From assembly GCA_951406725.2 (NCBI GenBank), contig OX597823.1, positions 5,208,001 through 5,272,000 on the forward strand: a stretch of DNA of 64,000 nt, in the 5' to 3' direction. Below, piece after piece: positions 14,381-26,874 of the stretch. Both the position numbers and the translations under genes were made by a program. Each line of letters opens with the position of its first letter. The stretch's first letter is position 1. A model generated the notes under the pieces. It saw nothing but the letters and a program-made list of their open reading frames with translations. It made no database searches and was not told the DNA's origin. Source of the DNA: Octopus vulgaris. Taxonomy: Eukaryota.

Positions 14381-15206
14381 ATTTGTGAGAGAGAAAATAC
14401 TTTTAAACATGAAACATACATGACTTAACAGAAACCCATTGATTGAATATAAATAACCCTTCCATTTCTCGGTGGATTTTCTTAACATTGTCAAGTGAAG
14501 CATATCAGAAAGAAATCACTTGTTCCGATGAGAGTAATGAGAATAATAGTGTTCTGGCACCTCCTCCCCTTGGTTAATGGAGTGGAACTGGAAACTTAAT
14601 TTCCATCTATTTATTCAAGACTACATTGGAGCTGTCTATGTTGCTTTTGCTACATCCACTGAAAGAGCTTGGATTTGCAGCTAAATGACACAGTAGCCAG
14701 TTATAATGTGCTCCTACTGTTTATACTTGTGAACTGTATTTTCACTTTCTCATTGTATTCACAAATATTAACAGTTAGATGAAGTGGAAGAGTTTAATAG
14801 TGGTGCTAGGGACAGCTTGGTTGGTCCTCTTGATTTTATCAACTCAGTGCTTGATCCTGTAGTTTACGCAAATATGAAAATTATTAAACACCCAGATCAT
14901 AACCCCATAGTTAAACAACTGCAAAGATATTCTTGTAACACTTTGAAACAATAATCTATTTATCCTTTAAACCTTTTCTTACCATATTTCTATTGAAATA
15001 CACTGTGTTTCAATTAATTTTGTAAATAACAAAAAGAATTTGGTAGAGTAACCTTTGTTTGGACCATAAATTAGCATGGAGTTTATATCACACATACAAA
15101 GGTGGTCGAAGCAGTTGGTATTATGAGGGTTATCTACAGGTATGCTAGCAGATTATTAATCTATGCAGTTAGTAGAAACTTTATATGAGTGTATGGTATG
15201 GTGTGT

Positions 15207-15512
15207 GAAGGTGCATGGCTTAGTGATTAGGGTTTTTGGGTCATGATTGTAAGGTCATAAGTTCAATTCCCAGTAGCATGCTGTGCCCTTCAGCAAGATA
15301 CTTTATTTCATGTTACTCCAGTCTACCCAGCTTGCAAAAGTGAGTTGTACCTACAATTCAAAGGGCCAGCCTTGTCACATTTTCCATGAGAACTATGTTA
15401 AGGGTACATGTGTCTATGGAGTGCTCAACCACTTGCACGTTAATTTCATGAGCAGGCTGTTGCATTGATCAGACCAACTGGAACTCTCATTGTTGTAACA
15501 GACGGAGTGCCA
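15207..15512 (+). mobile_element. tRNA-derived SINE family C
   Basis: A/B-box-like head (tggcttagtgattaggg...agttcaattccc) followed by cttcagcaagatactttatttcatgttactccagtctacccagct; a related head and central domain is at 27955-28240. Confidence 0.7.
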
Positions 15513-15530
15513 GAGAGAGAGAGAGAGTAT

Positions 15531-15577
<47 letters not shown>

Positions 15578-16326
15578 AAATGAAGTTAATGAAGAAAGAA
15601 GACAAGGTTTTATTGAAATATATTTACTTCTCCATACACAAATGTCTATGCTTGTGCTAAATTTATTCATTAATTTAATTTTCATCACTAAATCATCACT
15701 AAAATTAATCTAATTTTCATCAAAATGGGAATACAATGCTGTGCTAGAGATGTTTATCATTGCGTCTTTGATAGAAGTTTCCAATTAAAAATTTTTCTGG
15801 GTATGAAAATATAGACCTGTTTTTTTTTTATTCTTTTTATTCATAATCCATTGTTTTGTTGTTCTTTCATGTTGAAATAAAAATTCAAATTACAGTCATA
15901 TTAATACTTGAAAACAAAATATATTTTCTCATGTTTAAAGCATTATTTCTATTTAATTTTTATAATATATATTATATTTTTAAAAAATTGTTTTATCTTG
16001 AAATCATTTCCCTTCGAAGATTTTTAAGTGAATACAAATTCATCCATGAATTGTGATGATAGAAAATTAAAAAGTTGAGATGAAAGCTTAGAGATTATTA
16101 CTTGGTACTTTTATAAAATTCTATGTAATTTATTTGAAATTTAAAAGGAAAACTTGGTAAAGTTTTTTTTTCTCATCAATGGCAATTTTTTTATATCATA
16201 TTTTACTTTTAATAATTTGACTGACTTTGACAAATAAACAGTTTTTTTTTGATAAAATTTTTTAAAATTACACAAAATATTGAGGAAAACAAAACCAGAA
16301 CGCTTCTTTTTCTGGTAACTTTTCAG

Positions 16327-16443
16327 AAAATAACAAGCAACGATATTTAAGATCCAAATTGAAGAGATCATTGCGCCGGGTATCTTCCTATTATTCCAAT
16401 GTCTACCCACCTGATTTTTCTACAGAGGACTCTTTACAAATTG
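16327..16443 (+). CDS. Sulf1: SULF-like exon C (117 nt, phase 1-1) with polybasic putative furin site
   Basis: Acceptor cttttcag|, donor |gtaagt. In frame with exons B and D: ENNKQRYLRSKLKRSLRRVSSYYSNVYPPDFSTEDSLQI. Not in the ORF track; found from splice signals, phase and retained CpGs. Confidence 0.8.
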
Positions 16444-17686
16444 GTAAGTGTTAGCGAAGTTGTTTCTGTGGTGATCCATTTTAATTCTAAAACAATTAAA
16501 CAATAAATAAAATCCTTTGAATTTTAACCTTAAAACAATCTTCTCACATTTGAATTACTTAAAAAATTCAAATTAATTGCTGATATTTGGATTTAGGTAC
16601 ATATATGTGTGTGGGACTTGTAATGAAACCAAAAGCAATATGTAAATACTTAAAAAGTCACTTAATATACTGTTTAGTAAATTGTTAGTTGTTCATTTTA
16701 TTTATCAATAGAATTAGCTTTTTTAATAATAACACTTTTGCTTCAACTTTAACACTGATGTGGTTAAAGTGACTTCAAAGGGCCTACAAATAAAATAATA
16801 ATCATGCTACTACGCTTCTTCCAACATGTTACAAGTTGGTTGCATTGTAAGCAGTCTTAAACAGAAGGATTGGCAGAGAAATAAACCAATCCTTAAACAA
16901 CAATAATAATGATTGCTAATTTTGACACAAGGCCAGCAAGTTTAGGGGGGTGGATGAGTCATTTGCATCAACCCCAGTGTATAACTGGCACCTATTTTAT
17001 TGGTCCTGAAAGGATGGAAGGCAAAGTGGACCCCGGCTGTATTTGAACTCAGAATGTAAATCAGAAGAAATGCCACTGAGCATCTAGCCCAGCATGCTAA
17101 CAATTCTGTCAGCTCACCACCTTAACATTAATGGTGATATTAAAATATTGAAAATGGTGGAAACATTCTCAAGAAGTTATGAAAATAAATTTGAAAATGA
17201 AGAGAATATTAATCTACTTCCATTTAATAACTCATTTAAAAAGTGACTTTTAAGCATTTGCAGATCTGTTCCAGTTACTTGGGTATCTGTCCCAGATACC
17301 CAAGTCTGTTTCCATATTTTCCCAGATTGTTTTCTTTCATCATCAGTCCTGCAGATGTATGTACAGAAAAACCAAAGACCACTAATTAGTTTGCAAGACT
17401 TTACTCATTATCAGAAATACTTTTGTGATTTCTTGCTTTTTTTTTAATGCTGTTATTTTTCTGCTGTTTTAAAATTCAAGTAATTTGGATTTTTTTATCT
17501 TTATCATTTAAAAAAAAAATTTGCTTACAAGAATTGCAACTAAGGACTATATTTAATGCATGCTTCATTTCATAATATTTGTCAACTGTAAATATTAACT
17601 AGATCAGTCAACTGCGTGGATGAATTAGATGGATCACTTCTGTTAAGGAAGGAGACAACTTGATCACATCGGAGTTCAAGTTCAGC

Positions 17687-17728
<42 letters not shown>

Positions 17729-17759
17729 GTCATTATTTTTGTTGTTGTTGCTATTGTTA

Positions 17760-18990
17760 AAGCAATGAACTGGCAGAATTCTTAGTGTTAGACAAAATGC
17801 TGAGTAGCATTTCTTCCAGCCCCTTACATTCTGAAATCAAATGCTGTTGAGGTTGACTTTGCCTGTCATCCATTTAGGGGTTGATGTAATAGACTTGCTC
17901 TCCCCACCCCCATCAAAGTTGCTGATCTTGTGCCTGTAGTAGGAGGGATCATCATCATCATCAGAATGGTGGTGAGCTGGTAGAACCATTAGCATGTTGG
18001 ACAAAATGCTTTCAGCTTTGCAAGAAAAGATATCAGAATAAAGGTGGCAAGCTTTCAGAATTGTTAGCATGTCTGACAAAATGCTTAGCAGCATTTTATC
18101 TGTCTTTATGTTCAGAGTTCAAATTCTGCTGGGGTTGACTTTACCTTTCAGCCTTTCAAGGTCAGTAAAAAGAAGTGCCAGTTGAACATTGAGATCAACC
18201 TAACCAATTATCCCCAATCCCCCAAACTTCAGACCTGGTGCCTGTTGTAGAAAGAATTATTGTTATCAAAGAAGGGAGCTGGCAGAATCATGAGGCACCA
18301 CAGAAAATGCTGAGTAGCATTTCTTCCAGCTCTTTACATTCTGAAATCAAATCCTTCCTTCGTCAACTTTGGCTTTCATCCTTTCAGGGTTGATAAAAGA
18401 AATAAAATGTACCAGATAAGTTCTGGGGTCGATGTAATCGATTGACCCCCTTCTAAAAATTACTGGTCTTGTGCCAAAATTTGAAACAATTACCATTATT
18501 ATTATTCATCAAATTGTTAATTTAAAGCTATTATGAAAATATAATTCTTTCTACTATAGGCACAAGGCCTGAAATTTTGAGGGGAGGGGATTAGCTGATT
18601 ACATTGACTCCAGTGCTTTGCTGGTATTTCTTTTTGTCAATCCTGAAAGGATGAAAGGCAAAGATGACCTCAATGGAATTTGAACTTAGAACACAAAGCT
18701 AGAAGAAATGCCACTAAGCATTTTGTGTGGCATGCTAACCACTCTGCCAGCCCACCACCTTTAATAATTGTCCACTGTAGGCACAAGACCTGAAATTTGG
18801 GGTGAGGAGTGGGGTCGGTTAATTACATTAATCCCAGTGCTCAGCTGCTACTGATTTCATCTACCCCGCAAAAGGATGTAAGGCAAAGTGACCTCAGCAG
18901 AATTTGAACCACAGACTGTAAAGCTGGAGCAAATGCCACTACACATTTTGTCCAGCATGCTAATGGTTCTACCAGCTTACCACCTTCAAT
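17760..18990. mobile_element. Cluster of SINE family B copies (forward 17760-18490, reverse 18545-18990)
   Basis: Repeated gagctggcagaat..ttagca..aaaatgcttagcagcattt..ctgagttcaaat..gactttgcctttcatcctt..ggggtcgatgtaatcga, separated by (ATT)n/(ATC)n. Other copies at 8225-8340, 9320-9700, 16915-17125, 29360-29580, 30330-30535, 31933-32345, 45550-45745, 61120-61310, 62520-62680, 63075-63250. Confidence 0.85.
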
Positions 18991-20033
18991 AATAATAATA
19001 CTAATACTACTACTACTATTACTACTACTACTAATGATAATAATAATAATAATTAATAATAATAATAATATTATCCGATGCTAGTTTCTGACTACTTGTC
19101 AGAATATTATACTTGTCAAAATATCTATTATTAGGTTTGATCTCTTCCCCTCCTCCATACTGACATCATTTAACATGTCTGTCCGATAACTGCTTTACTT
19201 TGATCATTTATCAAGCTTCTCCGTTATCTTTTCCAATTAGATTTCCTTTGTTCTTCGGCTGTTTTCCCAAATTGCTCCCTCCCCCCCCCACCTCCATCTC
19301 TTATTATTCCACTCTTACTATAATAATGTCACATCAAACATTGCTTCTTTTACTTACTGAACAAACTGACTGTTTTAATCTATAACAGACACTCTTCGTT
19401 TTCTTTTTCTCTTTCTTCTCCCTCCTCTGCTACTAGGCTGAGCAGACACACCAGTCCTGTTTGGGTCACCCTGCCCAATCCTAATGGACACAAACCTGTG
19501 TTATAGGAGCAGATCTGAAAAATCTAAGATCCCTGTTAGAAATGCACTGCTCACTTTTTCTCATCCTGTTCTTGATTATTTTAACACAACAACTGCTGTA
19601 TGTTATACATTCCAGTTAAAATTTACTTGGAGATGCACAAGAGAACTGTCATCTATATAAGTCTTGCTCATTTTATAGGGTGTGGATAATATCAATATGC
19701 ACAATTATAAACTTTAGGGTTGCTTTTGATGTTGAGTAGCCATAAACAGATGCTTATCCCTTATCAATAACCATTTATGTTAGGGTTAGGGTCTTTTTTG
19801 GATGGGATCATTTTGAATGTCCATTCGTTTAGTCTATTAAAGGAGATTTTCTATGGCTACATGCCTTTTCTTTCACCAACCCTCACGTGTTTCCAAATAA
19901 GGCAAGGCTTGGTCATTGGTGACAGAAAGGCCACACTTTTTTTTTTTGCAGAACATTGGCAATAAATCACACTGCTTGTATGACCATGACACTTGTTTAC
20001 AGCTATTATGATTTGTCAAGAAAAGGGGGGATA

Positions 20034-20068
<35 letters not shown>

Positions 20069-20502
20069 TCTCTCTCTCCCTCTCTCCCCCATCTTTCTTA
20101 TTCCAGTTTAATTAAACTTCTGAAACCACATGTCCTACCTATGTTTATGAGGAAAATAAATTAAACTAAGATAAGGAAGAATTGTTAGAAATTGAAAATG
20201 AATTAAAACTTTTGAAAAATGGCTGTTAGTGCAACATTTATAAAATCATAAATTAAGCTATTAACCTTCATCTTTAAAGATGGGACTTACTAAAACATTT
20301 TCTACTTCAATTGATTTCATGTCCAATAATCATCAAATGTCTTATTCCTCAATGAGTTTCAGATTAGATTTGAAAGAGGAACCTCTCTTCCCAAACTAAC
20401 AGCAACAATTAGCTCTTATCCAGTGAGCCACATGAGATGCATCTATGGCAAGGTTTTGGTTTTAGTGCCACTGCATGGCATCTTGGGCAAGTCTCTTCAA
20501 CT

Positions 20503-20660
20503 CACTAGCATGGGAGGTGGGTAAGGGCCATCCGTCCCGGGCAGCACTTTTAAAGGGGCACCACTTTTGGGTCTGCTGTAGGCAATGTGTTTTTTATGGG
20601 GTCCAGGGGTGGCAAATGGAAGGGCCGCCCCGGATTGCACACACTCTAGTTATGCTAGTG
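20503..20660. mobile_element. hAT-type MITE (158 bp) inserted into a SINE
   Basis: TIR cactagcat...atgctagtg, perfect 8-bp TSD cttcaact (20495-20502 and 20661-20668), GC-rich interior. Confidence 0.85.
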
Positions 20661-21738
20661 CTTCAACTATAGTACATGTCCAACCGAAGCCTTTGAGTGG
20701 ATTTGGTTAAGTAGAACCTGAAAGAAGCTTTGTGTGTGTGTGCTTGTCTTGACAGTGTGATGTTTATAAATGAATATCACCATCATACAAGTGATGTTGT
20801 TTGTGTTCAACTTTCCATGACAAATCAGTCTGACCATAAGGTAATATGAACGTGGAACAGGTGAGGGTTGGTAACAAGAAGGGCATCTGGCCATAGAAAA
20901 TCTACCACATTGGGTTCCTTTGGACCCGAACAAGCATGGAATATGTGGACATTAAACAATGTTGATGATGATATCATCTCTAAAGGTTAGGCTAATAGTC
21001 AGAAAAATGCTAATCTTGTCAGCAAGGACACATTTCAGACATTTAGGTTTGCAATTTTTTGTACTGTAATGGTAGATAGTTGCATAAACTTTAGTTGGCT
21101 AGCTTTATGGAATCTATCTATCAACAAACATTTTATTTTTAGGTCTTTGCTAATCTCCCAGCTTTATCTTTCTTTTGTTAATGGCTTTCACAGTTTCCAC
21201 TCTTGTTTCACTACACTCCTACATTTTAAAATATTTCCAAAGTAAATGTCTTCTTCCCAATTTGTTTTACATTTTCTCTGTTATCTCTAAGCTTTCTATT
21301 TCAGTACCATAACATCATATTAGCATCATAAGTGTTGAATAATGCTGCAGTCTAATAATAAATTATTTTATTGTTACAAAAATGGTGAAATGGTTAAGAT
21401 TCTAGATTGTCAGCTTGCAGATTAAGGATTTTATATCATTCTTCAGTGACTAGTACGTTCTCTCCTTTGAGCAATATACCAAATCTCTTTTTTATCTGTG
21501 CAACAACAAGTGGGTAACAAAAGTCTTGTTGTACCCGCTTTGATTTCATGCACAGAACTGAGAGGTATTTCTGTACCTCAAAACTATAAAAACTTTTTAA
21601 CAATTTATGGTGTGCAGATACAGAAGATAAGTCCTCAATATTAATGAACATCTGTCTCAAGTTTGCTTAAGCTTCTGCTGTTATTGCAGGAGATTTTTCT
21701 ATCTTACATATCTCTCTCTCATTTCAGCCCACTGCTTC

Positions 21739-21780
<42 letters not shown>

Positions 21781-22239
21781 CTGCTTATCTTGTGCTTCGT
21801 AACAGGCAGTAAGTAGTATCCTATTGCAGGCAACTGCCTGATATTGGAGGTGAACCCATGCTTCAGTGGGTTTACGGGTTTTCTATTATCACCATCCTTA
21901 TCATCTTTTCAAGCCAGAATACGGGTGTATATGAGACTCTCAATTAAGAGACATCTTTCTGTGTTGATGCTTTCCTCTCTTAAATATAGTGTTACACATT
22001 AACACAGCATTTGTGTCCTTAAATCTTTATCTTCAGACACACACACACACACACTCACACACACACACCACGCACATGCATGCATGTACATGCTCATATA
22101 CAAACTGGCATTTGTTAGCATAAGTGATTCATCATCCATTAAACTCTTTTCCATATGGGCAACAATTCTGTCTCCCCCTCCTCCACCTTCATCTCTGTCA
22201 TTTTACTATACTTATATTTAGTTTTATGATAATTGCCAA

Positions 22240-22280
<41 letters not shown>

Positions 22281-22622
22281 CAATATATTTGGTACACATG
22301 TCCATCTGTATGCATCAATACAGATATGAGTGACTATGTGTGCATGTGTACAATATCTATGCATGTGTATATACATATATATGTGTGTTTATGTGTGTGT
22401 GTGTGCGTGTATACATACATACACACATACACACACATGGATTTGTTAGAACAATCAGAAGAAATAAAACTCTACATGTGTATATATATACATTTTTAAT
22501 AGATATCTTTAGTTATTTAGTTGGCTGAAAGAAGAGTGACTTTCAGTGCTTGAGTTAGTTCTGTAACATTCCTCTGATTAAAAATAAACATTATATATAT
22601 TTACACACACACACAACAGCCG

Positions 22623-23490
22623 TATAGAGGTGTTGGGTGAAATGATAGAACCAGCTTATTAAATGGAAGTTTTATTGTTCAATATGGAGTCAGTCTCCTT
22701 TTGGTATCAGTCACAGCTTTAATACATCAAGGAATTGACTTGTACATATTCTGAATAGTTGTTAGAGAAATTTCAAGTCATTCTTCCAGCAAAACCTGCT
22801 GTAGCTCTTTCTGTGATAATTTTGGAAGGAAGTGGCACCTGACTTGTTCTAAAATGTACCATAAATGATTGATTGTGCTGAGATTTGGTGATTGTGTGTG
22901 TGTGTGTGTGTGGGGGGGACAATCCAAGTTGTCTACTTCACTTTTGTGTTCTTCGTATTAATTTTGAATAATATTAGTTGTGTGAATTGATGCATTATCA
23001 TCCTAGAAGATTGTGCTTCCATCAGGGAACAATGCTTGTACCATAAGATTGACATGTTCAACCAAAATACTCTGATGCCTTGTAGAACAACTAAAGGGTC
23101 AAAGAATTCTATGGTACGGCTGCTCTGCACAGAATTATGCTTGCCAAAGCTGACTTTTACTTTGGTTTTAGTATGCCAACATGAGTTTAGAGACTCTAAA
23201 CATTGAGCTATTTAGCAGTTTTAGTAACTGAAGCTCTGGTCATTCATGCACCAACAATTTGTTCTCTTTGGAAATCAGATAGAAAACACATAATTTAATA
23301 TCTGCAAAAAATTTTTTTTAAATTAAAAATAATGCTACGTCATAAAGTACAAGGCCTACAGAATACACGTGAACACATACATGCAAACAAGAACAGTTTT
23401 TAATGTTTTCTGTTGCCAATAGAAAAATAGTTAAAAACAAAAAACAAAACAAACAAACTAGTGTTTCCATCATTTTGTCCAACCTCTGTA
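22623..23490 (-). mobile_element. Deleted Tc1-like transposon
   Basis: Imperfect TIRs (tatagaggtgttgggtgaaatgatagaacc / gtgtttccatcattttgtccaacctctgta) with TA ends. Minus-strand remnants DDNASIHT, QSPNLSTINHLWYILE and IQNMYKSIP*CIKAV...TPY* are typical of Tc1 transposases. Confidence 0.8.
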
Positions 23491-23498
23491 TATATACC

Positions 23499-23540
<42 letters not shown>

Positions 23541-23544
23541 CATG

Positions 23545-24215
23545 CCTCATTCAGGCTACAATCAAACACCTTTTGCAGGATGGTATTTCTGTGCTACCAA
23601 CCGAAATGAACTTCTTGGTTTGAAACTCATGCAAACCCAAACCATCAGCTCCTTGAGGCCCCTTAGGATCATTCTGTGGTCAATGATAGGTATGGTCACA
23701 GGTCATCTCTACAGCATTAACGATGCAGTGGTCATCAGACACTACGTCCAGTGATTGGCTCTTTGTACTGACCTTCAACCAACTTTACCAGAATGTTTAT
23801 AGCAAGGATTACTGAAATGGTAATCCAGTTATAATACCCTTCTGAGGCTTATGCTTTCCTAGTGTTGTAGAAATAGTAGACTCCCTAACCCTGAACGAAA
23901 TTCATTAACTGGGTGACCACATTCAAGGGTTCCAGACATTCTGATACCTTTGGGATACCTCCTTTTTGAACTGGGGTATCAATGTAGGGATTCCTCAGCA
24001 GGTTGTCAGGTGCCTCATGACACTACTGAAGAATACCATTTTATTAGCTGTGAGGTAAGAGATTATTCTAAACTGATTGATGATCTTTGACTCTTCCTCC
24101 TCTGAAATCCACACCCTTAGTCCTTATCAAGAGAAAGAGCTTGTAACATCTTTGAGTAGATCCTGCACTTTCTGCTTGCGACAAAGCATCTCTGATGTTT
24201 ATTTTACCTCTACAG
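23545..24215 (-). mobile_element. Degenerate reverse-transcriptase fragment of an RLE non-LTR retrotransposon (Hero-like)
   Basis: Frameshifted minus-strand translation gives GVW..EEESKIINQFRIISYL and LLRNPYIDTPVQKGGIPKVSECLEPLNVVTQLM, resembling Hero-clade RT (FRxISLL...YIDTSVQKGGxPGxxGCLEH). Confidence 0.7.
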
Positions 24216-25088
24216 ACATTTGCATACACACACATGCACGCACGCACACTCACTACTTTACAAAGGACATCCAGCTGTAAAACCCATAATAAAGCAGACA
24301 CTGGAGCTTGGTGCAGTCTTCTGGCTCATCAGCTCCTGTCAAACTATCCAACCCATGCCAGCATGGAGAACAGATGTTAAATGATGATGATGTGTATATA
24401 TATATATACACTAAACTGTTATAACAGTTGTGGTCCGTGTGTTTTGCAGTAAGTCACAGAGGGCCCTGAGCATTCCTGCTGATCCTTTCCTTTTATAATG
24501 TTAATAACCAAATAGTCACACTCACAGATGCAGGTAAAGCACAGCAGTTTCAGCTGTGAATTGAAACCAGTCTGTGATGTTTACCCAGTTTGAAATATAT
24601 TTAGAGAGAAAACGTTATGTTAATTTACATTTGACGTTAATGAGTATACGATATTTCTTTAATTATCTCTATCATACTAATTGTTGTTCTGCCTAGCAGC
24701 ATCACATACATTATTTGTATATTTCACTATAGTTATATTCCTGCAGGAAACTATGTGTTTATTTGACCTGCTAGAAATAGAAGTCAAATACCCTTAAATC
24801 ATGCCTCTCTGTCTCAAATAAAGAAAGGCACATATTTAATAATATTGTCCTAGGCTTTCAAAAAGACCTGATTACAACAACCACTGTTGTTGTAATCCTG
24901 TCTTTATTTTTGTTCTTCATTACTGGTCTGCTTAACCAGGGCTGACCTGGGACTAAGCAGCATTGCTGAAGTGACACTCATCTCTTCAAACAGCCCCACT
25001 TGAGAATGAGTGACAACTCAAGAAACTATGTTAATGGGTAAGGGGTTAAATTGGTTTCTCCTTTAAAATAATGCAATTCAGACAATAT

Positions 25089-25240
25089 ATGAATATAATA
25101 ACAGTGTGTGTATATATCACTTATAATGATTATAATAACAGTGTGTGTATATATCACTTATAATGAATATAATAACAGTGTGTATATATATCACTTATAA
25201 TGAATATAATAACAGTGTGTATATATATCACTTATAATGA
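25089..25240. repeat. 37-bp minisatellite, about 4 copies
   Basis: Unit atgaatataataacagtgtgtgtatatatcacttata, nearly identical copies. Confidence 0.9.
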
Positions 25241-26153
25241 CTACACAAATGTAGAACAGCAGAGCTGTAATGCTTTGAGTGTTTAATGACTTGAAAGAGT
25301 TTCAAAGAAATGGTTGACTAGCATTAGGTATTTAAGTCTGTAACAGCTTAGTCACAGCCTCACATTATAATTCACGCATCATTCTTGCATGGCCCAGAGG
25401 GAATTCATTGAGGCAGATTTTCTTTTTTGCAGGTGAATGTCCTGCCTACCACCAACCCTCATCTGTTTCCAAGCAAGCCAGACAAATTTCTCTTAAATGA
25501 ATGACACTGCTTGTATGACAGTGATGCTCATTTACAACTATCACATGATGTCAAGACTAAGGAATACACTCTTACTCATACATGCACATACATGATGGCT
25601 TTCTTTCAGTTCTGTCTATCAAATCCACGCACAAACTTTGCTTAGCCCTTCTAAGGTGCCACACAGTAGGACTGAACCCAAAACCACATGGTTGGGAAGC
25701 TAACTTCTTGACCACACAGCAATGCTTGGACCCATATATGGTTTATGTGATTTAAGAACTGTTGTTATTTTGTGCTTAATTAGTAATATGCCTTTATTAT
25801 ATATTAGTGTCTATTTTTGTTATATTCAAAATAAATCTTTTCAAAGTTGTACAGCTGAGCTACTTACCTAGAAGTCACAGTTTCAAATCTCTCTCTAAGC
25901 CCATTTCATTATGTCTCTCGATTGGATATTGTCTTCTACCTTCTTTAGTTTAAATCAATTCCAGCTACAGATTTTGTTGTTTAATGTTTCATGTAATATT
26001 TCAGGACACACAGACATGGCTGTGTGATTAAGAAGTTTACTTACCAACCGCATGGTTTCAGGTTCAGTCTCACTGTGAGATATCTACTATTGCCCTGGAC
26101 CCATTAAAGCTTTGGGAGTGGATTTTGTTGATGGAAACTGAAACAAACCCATA

Positions 26154-26184
<31 letters not shown>

Positions 26185-26704
26185 TGAGAGAAAAATTTCC
26201 TATTTCCCCTTTTGTCTTCATGCATGTTTACTAGTTCTCTAAACAGCAACCACACTGACAGTGTCAAATGGTGTCATTGGTGTCCTGCCTGCCATGAAAA
26301 CATGTCTGGGCTTCTCAACATGTTGTGTAATCTTTGTAAACAAAAGGCTTGTTTATATGAGTTCTGTGATTGGATACATCTATCTAGGCTTTGTTGGTCA
26401 ATAGACTGGGAAATTATTACCTTGCCTGGAAACAGGAGAGGATTGGTGAAAGAAACGGGTAGCCAGCTGTAGGAAACGCTGCCCCTATGTTCTATCATCT
26501 GGCCCAGAAATTATGGAAAAGTAGATGTTAAAACTATGTTGATGTTAAAGAGCATTTTGTTGGATAAACAAATATAAAAAAAAAACACACAAAAAAAAGC
26601 CCACTTGTTCTAACAATTATGTTAAACTCAATAAACACAGCAAAACCTTAAAAGAAAAATAAAAGCAGCAAGAATCACATTAACATTTGTGGAATTTCTG
26701 TATT

Positions 26705-26874
26705 ATGTTTTATATAAGGTTCCATAGCTTGTTAGCCACTATATATGTTTCATATGAGGTTCTATTGCTTGTTAGCCACTCTATATGTTTTATATAAGGT
26801 TCCATAGCTTGTTAGCCACTATATATGTTTTATATAAGGTTCCATAGCTTGTTAGCCACTCTATATGTTTCATA
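26705..26874. repeat. 40-bp minisatellite, about 4.2 copies
   Basis: Unit atgttttatataaggttccatagcttgttagccactatat. Confidence 0.9.

Noticed and set aside
21420-22030. Possible LINE remnants (also 1-460, 35150-35760 and 58900-59300)
   Set aside because: Coding-like texture but too degenerate to assign to a family without a database search.
25089-26874. CRISPR-like appearance of the 37-bp and 40-bp repeats
   Set aside because: Units are head-to-tail with no unique spacers, the context is eukaryotic, and there are no cas genes.
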